Positions 54,661-63,192 of a stretch of DNA of 63,192 bases are shown here, in pieces. The DNA is from a virus. Its lineage: Duplodnaviria; Caudoviricetes. Position numbers and translations under genes: made by a program. A model generated the notes under the pieces. It was not told the DNA's origin and made no database searches. It saw nothing but the letters and a program-made list of their open reading frames with translations. Each line of letters opens with the position of its first letter. The first letter of the stretch is position 1. The stretch lies in IMG/VR virus record IMGVR_UViG_3300044960_000525, positions 1 to 63,192 of that record, one strand, 5' to 3'.

Positions 54661-54997
54661 GTGATAAGGAGGGAGAATGACCTATGCGCCTATCCGAGTT
54701 CTGGACGATGTTGAATAATGACCGACGTGGTATTGGGCTCAAAATTATTCTCCTTGCTCTCCTTATGCTCATAGCAGCGTTGCTGGAACCGAGATAGCAA
54801 GGAATCCGACCGTGGCGATTTCACAATTCTTCCGCTTTTCCTGGGGTCGAGCGGGGTGAAGTCGTCACGGTCACTTCATTGTTCGTGGGATTATGGGTCT
54901 GCACACGACATTGAAACTGGGGAGGGGGTTGAGAACGCGGCGCAGAAAACGGAATCCGCATGACAGCAGGGATGAACCGTGGAGGAGATGAACAGGG

Positions 54998-55204
54998 ATG
55001 AAGCCACCGAACTACCCGGTGATTGTTGTGCATCTGGAGGATGGAGGCAGAACGGCGTGTACGGGTGATGAATTACCGGACCCCCCGTCCGTGGTGTTTC
55101 AGAACGTACCACGGTATCTCTGCCCGGGATGCCGACTTATCGTGTTCCTTCGTGACCGTCAGAGAGCACCGATGGACGATTTTGGAGAGCGCCGGACACC
55201 TTGA
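54998..55204 (+). CDS. Hypothetical protein
   Basis: RBS; CPGC motif. Confidence 0.5.
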   Translation: MKPPNYPVIVVHLEDGGRTACTGDELPDPPSVVFQNVPRYLCPGCRLIVFLRDRQRAPMDDFGERRTP

Positions 55205-55324
55205 AGTGATTTGCCGCCGCCGGGCGAGTGCTGTTGTAGAATATGGCGGCGTACAAAATCCATTTGCTCGGAGATGACGAGTGGTTCACGAAACGGGTAG
55301 GGAGCGGGGTGTGATGAGACGACG

Positions 55325-55798
55325 ATGAAATTCATTCGGCTGACACAGGGGAAAATTACCGTGATTGATACGCGGGATTGGCTCCGTGTGAGTCGATATA
55401 AACGCTGGCACGCGGTGAATTGGGGAGGACGGTTCTACGCCGCCACTACGCTCAAAAATGGTCGGAAACTCTATTTGCATCGGTTGCTCCTCAACGCTCC
55501 TGCGGATGCGCAAATTGACCATATCAACGGGAATACGCTGGATAACCGCCGAAGTAATTTGCGGATCAGTACCGCGTCCACCAATCAACAAAATCGTCAC
55601 CGCGTGCAGGGACATATTCCCTATAAAGGGGTCTACCGTCACACCGATGGGCGATTTATCGCGCGGATCAAGGTGAGGAACACACAATACTGGTTGGGAT
55701 CGTTCAAAACCGCACTCGAAGCCGCGCGTGCGTATGATCGAAAAGCCCGCTATTATTTCGGTGCTTTTGCGAGGGTGAATTTCCCACAATGGAAATGA
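55325..55798 (+). CDS. HNH-AP2 homing endonuclease
   Basis: LHR...IDHINGNTLDNRRSNLR plus YKGV...LGSF....EAARAYD AP2 domain. Confidence 0.93.
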   Translation: MKFIRLTQGKITVIDTRDWLRVSRYKRWHAVNWGGRFYAATTLKNGRKLYLHRLLLNAPADAQIDHINGNTLDNRRSNLRISTASTNQQNRHRVQGHIPYKGVYRHTDGRFIARIKVRNTQYWLGSFKTALEAARAYDRKARYYFGAFARVNFPQWK

Positions 55799-55874
55799 GG
55801 CCGCCTGTGTCATCGGTGCGCTTGCCGACACATCGGCAAAGAAATCGAATACGTATGCTCTACGCAGCGACCGA

Positions 55875-56366
55875 ATGAAGGTGCGGTTGGTCGCTCGAAC
55901 CCCGCCAGGCCACTGGCTGCGTCCTGCACTCGGCCTGTCTCTGCATCAGTATCTCGCCATCTTCGAGCCCACGCCGCTTCCCGACACGCTAGAGGCTATC
56001 GACGCGCTCTTGCGGTCGTCTCGCCAAATTCTGTGTGTTGGCCGAGACGTGGCCCGCGCTTTTGGCGTGCCTCGTCGCACGCCGTTTCTCACGAATATTC
56101 CTATCTATCAAGACGAGCAACACACAGGGTGGATTGCCGTAATCCCGGTGTCGGCGTGTTGGTGGTCGTCGGTGGAGCAGCGTTATGCTGCTCGCGCGTT
56201 CCTCTCCCAAATCACGATGGACCGGGCTGTGTATCATCGCGGGCTGGCGTACTATGAAACACCATTGCGTGACACCGATAGCGAGCCTGACCCTGACGTG
56301 CTTCGCACGATTGCAGAACCTCCAATGGGAGTGCGGAGGATTCCTCGGTTCCTGCGAACGCTTTAG
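55875..56366 (+). CDS. Hypothetical protein
   Basis: ORF on coding strand. Confidence 0.55.
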   Translation: MKVRLVARTPPGHWLRPALGLSLHQYLAIFEPTPLPDTLEAIDALLRSSRQILCVGRDVARAFGVPRRTPFLTNIPIYQDEQHTGWIAVIPVSACWWSSVEQRYAARAFLSQITMDRAVYHRGLAYYETPLRDTDSEPDPDVLRTIAEPPMGVRRIPRFLRTL

Positions 56367-56371
56367 ACCCC

Positions 56372-56401
56372 TTGACGGAACCTTACTAAATCCCCTATAC
56401 T
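56372..56401 (+). promoter_or_regulatory. Sigma70-type early promoter
   Basis: TTGACG-N18-TATACT. Confidence 0.75.
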
Positions 56402-56409
56402 TCACTTAA

Positions 56410-56830
56410 ACTGCATAAGTAGTGGTGAACGTAGTCCCGTGACCACGGGACACCGCCGAGTGACGTTGGAACGGGTGATGCTGTTCCAAACGATGCGAGG
56501 TGGGGGAAAGAAAGGCGGGGTGCATGAACCCGCGCGGATCACCCGGGGTGACGCCGAGCCGAGAGGACAGACGCGAATCACCCCCCCCTGGGGAGGGCCG
56601 AGAGGACAGACAACCTGGGGATGCAGCACATAACCCGATGACCCGCCGGACGGATGGAGTGATGACCTAAAGTCGGGGCTCATTACTTCCTGCGGTGCGT
56701 GCTTCGTGTTCGGCGGATCAGGGTCGCGAGCCGCAGGAGGTGATGGGCCCCGCGCCGTTCCAGAACGACCCCGGGGGGAACACGCCATGGAGAATGAGCG
56801 CCCGGGAGAGAAAGAACACAAAGGGCAGGA
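56410..56830 (+). ncRNA. Candidate structured pseudoknotted RNA 2 (shares core with RNA 1)
   Basis: 21-bp stem with 3 G-U pairs, pseudoknot, several hairpins and shared TGGGGATGCA(G)CACATAA motif; 3' end approximate. Confidence 0.6.
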
Positions 56831-56857
56831 TAGACCGGAGAGAGAGGAGGAACAGCG

Positions 56858-57259
56858 ATGGAGGAGACGATGGAATATTATTACCACGGAACGTCTACTC
56901 GGTTGGTCGGCTCTATCCTTCGGGAGGGGCTGCAACCGCGGGGCGAGACTCTGGCTCCCGGGGAGGAGCCAGGGGTGTTTTTTGCCACGCGGCCCGAGAG
57001 AGCAGTAATGTTCTCCTATTATGCTTGCGGGCGCTATGGAGGAAGGCCCGTGGTGCTCCGGGTACGGGCCGATGCGGTGAGGGCGCAGTCCCTCCAGGCG
57101 TATGGCTTGGAGGATTGTGGACAGGTCTATTCGTCGAACCCCGTCCCTCCCGACGCCATTGCGGTCGGGTGGGTGGAGGGGGTCTGCGACGAGTGCGCTC
57201 GCGGTGCGTGGTGGGCGTGCTGCGGGTGCTGGCCCCATTGGACGCGGAGGGAGCCCTAA
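56858..57259 (+). CDS. ADP-ribosyltransferase-fold protein (Tpt1/KptA C-domain-like)
   Basis: YYHGTS....SILREGLQP...GVFFAT....A motif; C-terminal VPPDAI. Confidence 0.65.
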   Translation: MEETMEYYYHGTSTRLVGSILREGLQPRGETLAPGEEPGVFFATRPERAVMFSYYACGRYGGRPVVLRVRADAVRAQSLQAYGLEDCGQVYSSNPVPPDAIAVGWVEGVCDECARGAWWACCGCWPHWTRREP

Positions 57260-57693
57260 TGGAGAAGAGACTTATCAACCTGACGGAGCACGACATCACC
57301 GTGCTTCCGGAAGGTAGAGTTGGCGTCACGGCCCACATTCTCGGTGCGCGCATCCGTCGTACCCGTCGGGTGACTATCCCGCCGTCCGGTGTGGTCGCTC
57401 GCGTTCACGCCGTCCACGAGGAGGTCGCGCGGGTGACTATCGACGGGGGCGATATCTCCATTGTTTCGACGCGCTTTGGGGAAATCGTCGGGCTCCCTGC
57501 TCCTGAGCCCGGGGTGCTCTACATTGCGAGCACCCTGGTCGCTCAAGCGGCGGCTCGCGCTGGGCGGCGCGACGTTGTCGCTCCCGACACCGGGCCCGAC
57601 AGCGTCATTCGTGGTCCGGACGGTCGGCCTGTGGCGGTTCAGCGGTTTCAGACCTTTTGGGCCGACGACGAGGAGGAGGCGAAGAACGTATGA
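57259..57693 (+). CDS. Hypothetical protein
   Basis: INLTEHDI, IPPSG.VARV, GLPAP..G..YI.S..VA and R.DV..P pattern that I recall from viral proteins. Confidence 0.75.
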   Translation: MEKRLINLTEHDITVLPEGRVGVTAHILGARIRRTRRVTIPPSGVVARVHAVHEEVARVTIDGGDISIVSTRFGEIVGLPAPEPGVLYIASTLVAQAAARAGRRDVVAPDTGPDSVIRGPDGRPVAVQRFQTFWADDEEEAKNV

Positions 57694-58046
57694 GCACTAA
57701 GGTCTGGCACCCCGAGCACCGCACAGCACGCCGTTCTGCCCCCACCCTCCAGATGAGCGAATCGGAGGCGTGGACGTATCTTGCGGAGGTGTGGACGAAC
57801 GCGTATCGGGCCCGGCGGTGCAGAGCAGCAGGGCCGGATGATCAGATATGGACCGGGCTCTGCGAGGGAGTGGACTATCTGCGCGCGAAGCGGCGGATTA
57901 CCCGACAGACCTATCAGGTCATGATCCGAACGTTGAAGGATATGGTCGTTCGGTCGGGACGCAATGACTGTCTTGCTTGGCCGCTGACGATCAAGGGCGC
58001 CCAACACCGGGCGCGGTTCTGTCGTCAGATGGCACGAATGAGGTGA
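57690..58046 (+). CDS. Hypothetical protein, paralogue family III
   Basis: Similar to 51297. Confidence 0.7.
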   Translation: MSTKVWHPEHRTARRSAPTLQMSESEAWTYLAEVWTNAYRARRCRAAGPDDQIWTGLCEGVDYLRAKRRITRQTYQVMIRTLKDMVVRSGRNDCLAWPLTIKGAQHRARFCRQMARMR

Positions 58047-58078
58047 AAAGCGATATTCGCCAGAAGGAGGAACAGCGA

Positions 58079-58288
58079 ATGAAAAAGTGTAGGTTCGCCT
58101 TGCACGGAAAGACCGTGTTGTTGATGTTGAAGGAAGATCGGAGTGTGTTGGCCGTTCCCTCGCTGCGCATCAAGTTGGTGGGAGAGAAGCCCGCGGTGAT
58201 AGCGCGGGCTAAAGAGTATCTGGAGCGCCCTTGGCTGTTGCAGGGTGCGCAAGACAGGATCATTGTCTTGAAGGGAGAGAGGACATGA
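58079..58288 (+). CDS. Hypothetical protein
   Basis: AAGGAGG RBS. Confidence 0.6.
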   Translation: MKKCRFALHGKTVLLMLKEDRSVLAVPSLRIKLVGEKPAVIARAKEYLERPWLLQGAQDRIIVLKGERT

Positions 58289-58743
58289 ACATGAAACGCG
58301 AGGGGCGCTACACGGTGAAAACGGTGCGGGTTCGGCTGCGAGTAAGTGAACCGCTGGAATTGGTAAGAAGGCCCGCGGACGCAGCGCGGATTGCAGAGGC
58401 GGTGTACCGTAACCTGGACGCTGACCAGGAACACTTCACGATCCTGGCGCTGGACGCGCAACACCAGATGATCGGGTTCAAGGTGATATCCAGTGGCGGG
58501 ATGGACTCCGCGCACGTTGACTTTCGTCTGGTGTTCCGCGCTGCATTGCTGCTGGGCGCCGCTTCGATCATTGTGGTGCATAATCACCCGAGCGGCGATT
58601 CCGATCCGAGTTCTGACGATATGCAGATAACCGTGAGGTTGATAGAGGCCGGTGCGCTTCTGGGATTACCGGTGTTGGACCACATAGTGCTCGGCGCAGG
58701 TTGCTATCACAGTTTCGGCGAGCATGGGCTCATGTCCAAATAG
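58285..58743 (+). CDS. radC: RadC-like JAB/MPN domain protein
   Basis: QEHF.IL.LD, HNHPSG...PS..D and VLDHIV motifs. Confidence 0.92.
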   Translation: MNMKREGRYTVKTVRVRLRVSEPLELVRRPADAARIAEAVYRNLDADQEHFTILALDAQHQMIGFKVISSGGMDSAHVDFRLVFRAALLLGAASIIVVHNHPSGDSDPSSDDMQITVRLIEAGALLGLPVLDHIVLGAGCYHSFGEHGLMSK

Positions 58744-58763
58744 ACCGGAGAGGAGGAGCAGGG

Positions 58764-59144
58764 ATGAGGGACAAGACTGCTCGATTGGCGTTGGATATGC
58801 GAGGGTTGATTGTCTGGGGGGCGATGCCGTCGATGGAAACCGTTGCGGCGTCCATTCCGGTGGACCGGGTGCCCGATGTCAAACTCCGGGCCCAGATCAA
58901 GGAGATGATGCTGAACTATCGCTTTCCACCGTATGTCGCGTCCTACATCGCGGGGCGCATCCTCGCAGGGGACGCGGAGGGACTGCGGTGCTGGAACCGC
59001 GAGGCGTTGGAGGCCATTGGGCTCCAGATGGCTGAACAGCGCCACGCAGGTCCGGTTGATAAGAGGGTTTATGCCAGGTGTTATGCGGAGGAACTGAAAA
59101 AGGACTTGGAGAGTCTCGCGCAGTCCGTGGAGAGGGAGGCGTGA
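58764..59144 (+). CDS. Hypothetical protein, paralogue family I
   Basis: GDAEGLRCWNR...ARCYAE. Confidence 0.7.
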   Translation: MRDKTARLALDMRGLIVWGAMPSMETVAASIPVDRVPDVKLRAQIKEMMLNYRFPPYVASYIAGRILAGDAEGLRCWNREALEAIGLQMAEQRHAGPVDKRVYARCYAEELKKDLESLAQSVEREA

Positions 59145-59191
59145 TTATGTACCCGCTCCGGACCATCAGAGGATGGAGGGAGGACAGAGAC

Positions 59192-59587
59192 ATGTTGAGC
59201 GTCAAGGATGAGTGGACGGCACTGCAGATTGCTCGATCCTGGGGTGCGCCGGTGCCCGAGACACCCCAGGCGCGCGATGCGTACACCGGGTGGTACACCG
59301 GGTGGTCGTTATTCGCCGTGCCCGCCTGTTTCCGTCGGGCCATTGAGGCGGTCGAAGCCGAGGCCAATTGGCCCGTGGAAGTAACCGAGGTTCTCATCGG
59401 GTTAGTGGTCCGCAGGGACGCGAACCTTCTGAGGGCTTGGCGTCGCCAAGCCTTGGTGGAAGTTGGCGAGGCCACGTCCGAGGAGCGGACGCGCGCAGCG
59501 CGGGCGGCGTCGGCAGAGCGCTATGCTGACCGGGTCATCGCGGCCTTGGGGCGGGTGGCGGACATGGTGCAGGAGAGGGAGACGTGA
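59192..59587 (+). CDS. Hypothetical protein, paralogue family I
   Basis: ANWPVEV...DANLLRAW...ERYADRV. Confidence 0.7.
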   Translation: MLSVKDEWTALQIARSWGAPVPETPQARDAYTGWYTGWSLFAVPACFRRAIEAVEAEANWPVEVTEVLIGLVVRRDANLLRAWRRQALVEVGEATSEERTRAARAASAERYADRVIAALGRVADMVQERET

Positions 59588-59645
59588 TATATACCCGCTC
59601 CGGAACGATTCGGGACCGTATCCTCGGAGAGGAGGAGGAGGAACG

Positions 59646-59819
59646 ATGCGCACGCCACCGACCGAGCAACCGCCGCGTCTGTGTAGTTGTGGAAATCCTG
59701 CACAGGCGTATATCTGGGGATCATGGCTCTGCGAGGAATGTCTTGAGATCATTATGACTCCAACGGATGATGAGTTCGGCGAATGGGAACCGGAGAGGAG
59801 GAATCAAAGATGCTCTTGA
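59646..59819 (+). CDS. Small zinc-finger-like protein
   Basis: GGAGG RBS; CSCG...LCEEC. Confidence 0.55.
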   Translation: MRTPPTEQPPRLCSCGNPAQAYIWGSWLCEECLEIIMTPTDDEFGEWEPERRNQRCS

Positions 59820-60136
59820 AGGACGCTCGGGAGCACGCGGGCTCGTCAAAGTTCTCGGGATATGACCAGAAGGGGCGGGTGTTGGCCGCCGCGTTGTGGT
59901 TGTTGTCCCTGGAATCCGGTCATGACGAGGAGGCCGGGGATGCGGTCGATGGGCCGGGCTGGTTCGCCTTGTTTCATCGGTCGCACCGACCGACATCGTT
60001 TGTGCTGTCGGTCTCGCCGAGTGGGTTCGTGGACATTTCCACGCACCCGTCCCGTAAGGTGCTCGCGGTCTGGGAGCGGATTGTGAGGGACCTTGAGGGC
60101 GAAGAGGAGAAGGGGGGATGCGACCGTTTCTCGTAG
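59810..60136 (+). CDS. Hypothetical protein, paralogue family IV
   Basis: MLLKDAREHAGSS...HRPTSFVL shared with 62830. Confidence 0.7.
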   Translation: MLLKDAREHAGSSKFSGYDQKGRVLAAALWLLSLESGHDEEAGDAVDGPGWFALFHRSHRPTSFVLSVSPSGFVDISTHPSRKVLAVWERIVRDLEGEEEKGGCDRFS

Positions 60137-60420
60137 GAGTTGTCGGCCACGAAACAGTTCCCGTCGTCGTGATGTTCGCAACCTCACGACGTGCTGCGTA
60201 CAGGGCGTTCATCAAAGACGCCCCATTTTTTCGAGGGGATGCGATCTTCGTGATTCCGCTTCCGCGCGGGTCACGGTATATCGTGAAACGACGACAACGG
60301 GCGTGGACACCGTTGTCGAAACCGTTGAAGAAGCCTCGGACGAGAAGGCCGGAACCGGAAACGATTCCGGAGATCATCAAGGACGCCCTACAACGAGCAG
60401 CGAGGAGGAGACGACGATGA
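60118..60420 (+). CDS. Hypothetical protein
   Basis: RBS; overlaps neighbours at both ends. Confidence 0.55.
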   Translation: MRPFLVGVVGHETVPVVVMFATSRRAAYRAFIKDAPFFRGDAIFVIPLPRGSRYIVKRRQRAWTPLSKPLKKPRTRRPEPETIPEIIKDALQRAARRRRR

Positions 60421-61430
60421 CGTTGAGCAACGCGGAAGTGATTCGGCGGTTTGCTGCCCAGCAGGTGAACCGTGCTACAAGCAAGGTGAACCCTAAGGTG
60501 TATTGGCGTTCACATGGTCTCACCACGTCCGGCGATGGGTTGTATTCGTATGGACAACTCATCGCGCGGTATTTGGCCCCCAATCTCTTCCTGAAGTGTG
60601 GTGATCGGTTCACGGCCAGGACAGGGGGTGCGGAAGTTCCGTACTCGGTCACCACGAATCAGCATATCGGGATGATCGTATCTCCCAGAGGGCTTCGGGG
60701 GCCCGTTGTATCGTTCAACGCCCTGGAGAGCGCAGGGGTTGACGTGCGGGAGTTGACCGCCGACAACATCGTGCATTGGACAGCGGATCACACGATTCCC
60801 CTGTATCGGGAGTCATTGGACGCGGAATGGCGGGACGCGAGGACGCACGAGGCGTTCAAGGCTCCAGACCAGGGGATGCTCATTCCCGAGGTTGATGGGC
60901 TCCATGCGGAATGGCACTTCATCGACGAGACCCTCCTGAACGTGAAGGGGCGCACGTTGCTGTGTCGCCTCGATGAGAACGTGTATTGCGTCATCGAGGT
61001 TCCTTCTGGCCCGCGCACGGTGCATGAGGCGATTGAGAGCCTCAAGCCCGCTCCCGTGAAGGAGAGCGAGGCTGCGGGGGTCCCCGTGCTGCGACAGGGC
61101 GAGTGGTTCTTCGTTCCCTTTGCGAAAGACGACGCGGACCTTGCAACGAAGTTGGGCTTGGCGAGCAAGACCGCGGTGCGGAAGCAGAGTCGGATGCGTC
61201 CTCTTCCTCGAAGAGACGCTTCTTCAAGGGCGCATTTTGCTGTAACTCTGATTCACGACAATCGCATCTATGCTCGGGGGACGGTGCATCATCGGCGGGA
61301 AGTGATGAGGCCCTATCGGGAGAAGTGGTGTGCGTCGGGGGAGCATAGGCCGTTGCGCTTGGACGGATGGTATGCGGTCTACCCTAACTTGGAGATCGCC
61401 TCCTGGACGCAATCGGGGAATTTCGACTAG
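60417..61430 (+). CDS. Hypothetical protein
   Basis: GAGGAGG RBS; LYSYG, SVTTNQH and RQGEWFFVP motifs. Confidence 0.75.
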   Translation: MTLSNAEVIRRFAAQQVNRATSKVNPKVYWRSHGLTTSGDGLYSYGQLIARYLAPNLFLKCGDRFTARTGGAEVPYSVTTNQHIGMIVSPRGLRGPVVSFNALESAGVDVRELTADNIVHWTADHTIPLYRESLDAEWRDARTHEAFKAPDQGMLIPEVDGLHAEWHFIDETLLNVKGRTLLCRLDENVYCVIEVPSGPRTVHEAIESLKPAPVKESEAAGVPVLRQGEWFFVPFAKDDADLATKLGLASKTAVRKQSRMRPLPRRDASSRAHFAVTLIHDNRIYARGTVHHRREVMRPYREKWCASGEHRPLRLDGWYAVYPNLEIASWTQSGNFD

Positions 61431-61729
61431 TGCGCCACCGTCGAAAAACCGTGAGCGTGTATTTGTTGTGCCGTTCCTCCGCAACTCCAGCGGAGATTGT
61501 GCAGACCATCACTGACGCCCTAAATACCACCGCATGGGGCGCGATCACGGACATTATTGGCGCACAGGACTATGTGGCTGTTGCGCCAACCATGGACCAG
61601 CATGCGCTTGCGCGCATCTATTCGCTCGCCAAAGGGGGGATAATTCGGAAAATCGCCAAACGCGCACTGACCGCAGGGAACTACTGGAAGTGGAAAAAGG
61701 CTACTCATCTCTGGAAACACGGAGGATAA
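61430..61729 (+). CDS. Hypothetical protein
   Basis: Adjacent ORF. Confidence 0.5.
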   Translation: MRHRRKTVSVYLLCRSSATPAEIVQTITDALNTTAWGAITDIIGAQDYVAVAPTMDQHALARIYSLAKGGIIRKIAKRALTAGNYWKWKKATHLWKHGG

Positions 61730-61731
61730 CC

Positions 61732-61980
61732 ATGGCCAAGAAGACGAAAGAGGATGTTGTGGTTGCGCCGCGTGGGTTCGTGATCCTCTCCCCGGAGGAA
61801 AAGTTGAAGGTGGCCCGCGCTGCGGAAAAGGACTTCAGCAAGATTCCTGCGGCGCACCGCGACGCGGTGGTCGCGGTCATCAACAAATACTTCCTCCAGA
61901 TCGGCTACAAGCCCCTTGTGCGTCTGCTCCGCGGGAAAACTCCAGAGCAGGCCATCAGCAAGTGGGGAAAGGGGGAGTAA
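61732..61980 (+). CDS. Hypothetical basic protein
   Basis: GGAGG RBS. Confidence 0.7.
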   Translation: MAKKTKEDVVVAPRGFVILSPEEKLKVARAAEKDFSKIPAAHRDAVVAVINKYFLQIGYKPLVRLLRGKTPEQAISKWGKGE

Positions 61981-61985
61981 CGTGA

Positions 61986-62207
61986 ATGTCGCCCGTCAAA
62001 CCCGTTTTCGCGGGTGTCGCCTATGTCAAGTTCTACCGCACCATGAATAGGGTGATCGTGGCGCTTCCCCACCATATCATCGTCGCGCCGAATAGGTGGA
62101 CGTGGATTCTCAAGCGTCAGCGCCACGCGAATATCGACCGTCTCCTCCAGAAGCGGGGGTTGCTACCTCCAAAGCGCGTTCCTAGGCTGAAAAGGCCGAA
62201 CACTTGA
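61986..62207 (+). CDS. Hypothetical basic protein
   Basis: GGGGAG RBS. Confidence 0.55.
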   Translation: MSPVKPVFAGVAYVKFYRTMNRVIVALPHHIIVAPNRWTWILKRQRHANIDRLLQKRGLLPPKRVPRLKRPNT

Positions 62208-62384
62208 TGCGTGACCCCTTCCGGGTGCAGCGGGTGTTCATCAAGACGCTGCACTCCTTCCCACGAGCGGCCATCCACCTCTTCGTGGTCTATCTGCTCT
62301 GGGGATGGCGCAGTATTCTCTTCTGGCTCGTGGTCGTCTACTATGTCGTCTATATTTTAGGCGACGACTGACCACGCACGGGAT

Positions 62385-62411
62385 GGGGGGGCGGTCGCAC
62401 GCCCCCCTTTT
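62385..62411 (+). terminator. Terminator-like hairpin
   Basis: GGGGGGCG-loop-CGCCCCCC-TTTT. Confidence 0.6.
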
Positions 62412-62458
62412 CCCTCAGCCCTCGGTTGCATGTGTTCTGGAACAAGGAGGAAGACACC

Positions 62459-62716
62459 ATGGCGCGATCTCGGGCCCGCAAGGCGGATTCGTCGCGGTAT
62501 CGGGTCCGCAAGGTGAGTTTTTACGATCTCGCGCGGACTGTCGCGTATGTCGTCGAAGACACGGAGGCGATCATTAACTCTGTCGTTGACGCGTTCTCCG
62601 AATCGACGTATGGCGCCCAGGCGCGGACTGTCGCGATGAAGCGTCGGGATGCACTGAACACGGAGCACGCCCTTCGCCGAATTTTGCAATCCTCCCAGGA
62701 CGTTCGTCAGGGTTGA
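62459..62716 (+). CDS. Hypothetical protein
   Basis: AAGGAGG RBS. Confidence 0.65.
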   Translation: MARSRARKADSSRYRVRKVSFYDLARTVAYVVEDTEAIINSVVDAFSESTYGAQARTVAMKRRDALNTEHALRRILQSSQDVRQG

Positions 62717-62829
62717 GCACGGGACGGTGGGGTGGCTTGTGCCAGACCCGAGGAGGAGGGGGAATGGGGCTGTCTACAACGCGAAGGCGGAATCTGTGGG
62801 AGAACGAAACGAAGGGAGGGGAACGACGG

Positions 62830-63129
62830 ATGCTCCTCAAGGAGGCCAGGGAGTACGCAGGGTCGTCGCAATTTGACAGGTATACCCCGCGGGGTCGCAT
62901 GCTTGTGGCGTCCCTGTATCTTCTCGCGTTGAAGGGTGGCCACGACGTGGAAACCTGGGGTACGGCTGATGGGACGGTTCGGTTGACGTTGTTTTATCGT
63001 CCCCACCGGCCTACGTCCTTCGTCCTGTTGGTATCGCCGTCGGAAGGCATGATTGTCTATGCGTACCCGACGCGGCGGGTTCTGGAAGTTTGGGAGAACG
63101 TCGTGCGCACGCCTGTTCGGACACGATAG
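62830..63129 (+). CDS. Hypothetical protein, paralogue family IV
   Basis: Similar to 59810. Confidence 0.7.
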   Translation: MLLKEAREYAGSSQFDRYTPRGRMLVASLYLLALKGGHDVETWGTADGTVRLTLFYRPHRPTSFVLLVSPSEGMIVYAYPTRRVLEVWENVVRTPVRTR

Positions 63130-63182
63130 GGCATCACCTTGCGGCTCTGGCGGGCTATGAGCACGGGCTGACCCCCTCCCCC
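63057..63182. repeat. Terminal direct repeat, right copy
   Basis: Identical to 1-126. Confidence 0.95.
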
Positions 63183-63192
63183 GCCCCCGCGG

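Noticed and set aside
56695-57258. N-terminal part of the 332-aa ORF 56695..57693
   Set aside because: It overlaps the structured RNA and the ART-like gene; the plausible protein begins at ATG 57259 with its own RBS.

Overview
This looks like an essentially complete ~63 kb circularly assembled tailed-phage genome of siphovirus type; bases 1-126 recur exactly at 63057-63182. All credible genes are on the + strand, and I see no integrase or repressor. Gene order: a repeat-rich non-coding end region; a pre-packaging cluster (HTH, ParB-like, trypsin-like protease, DUF4417-like, PLP Cys/Met enzyme, Arg/Gly-rich micro-peptide); terminase, portal and head genes; a lambda-like tail with a -1 frameshift chaperone, tape measure, fibre modules and a split gpJ; lysis; replication/recombination (primase, SSB-like, RecU-like, DnaE, RecA, Cas4-like); an acidic protein with MoxR/VWA; and an accessory early region. 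Highlights: (1) a nuclease-less Nop-domain (IS110-related) gene followed by a 36-nt dual-repeat/dual-spacer array, matching a TIGR-Tas RNA-guided system of TasA type (52321-53548); (2) two apparently homologous, promoter-driven, pseudoknotted non-coding RNAs (~43808-44082 and ~56410-56830) that I cannot assign to a known family; (3) six dispersed co-oriented ~10-11 bp-phased DNA motifs; (4) a possible peptide- or DNA-modification cassette with an unannotated protamine-like peptide. All functional calls come from reading motifs by eye; no searches or folding programs were run.
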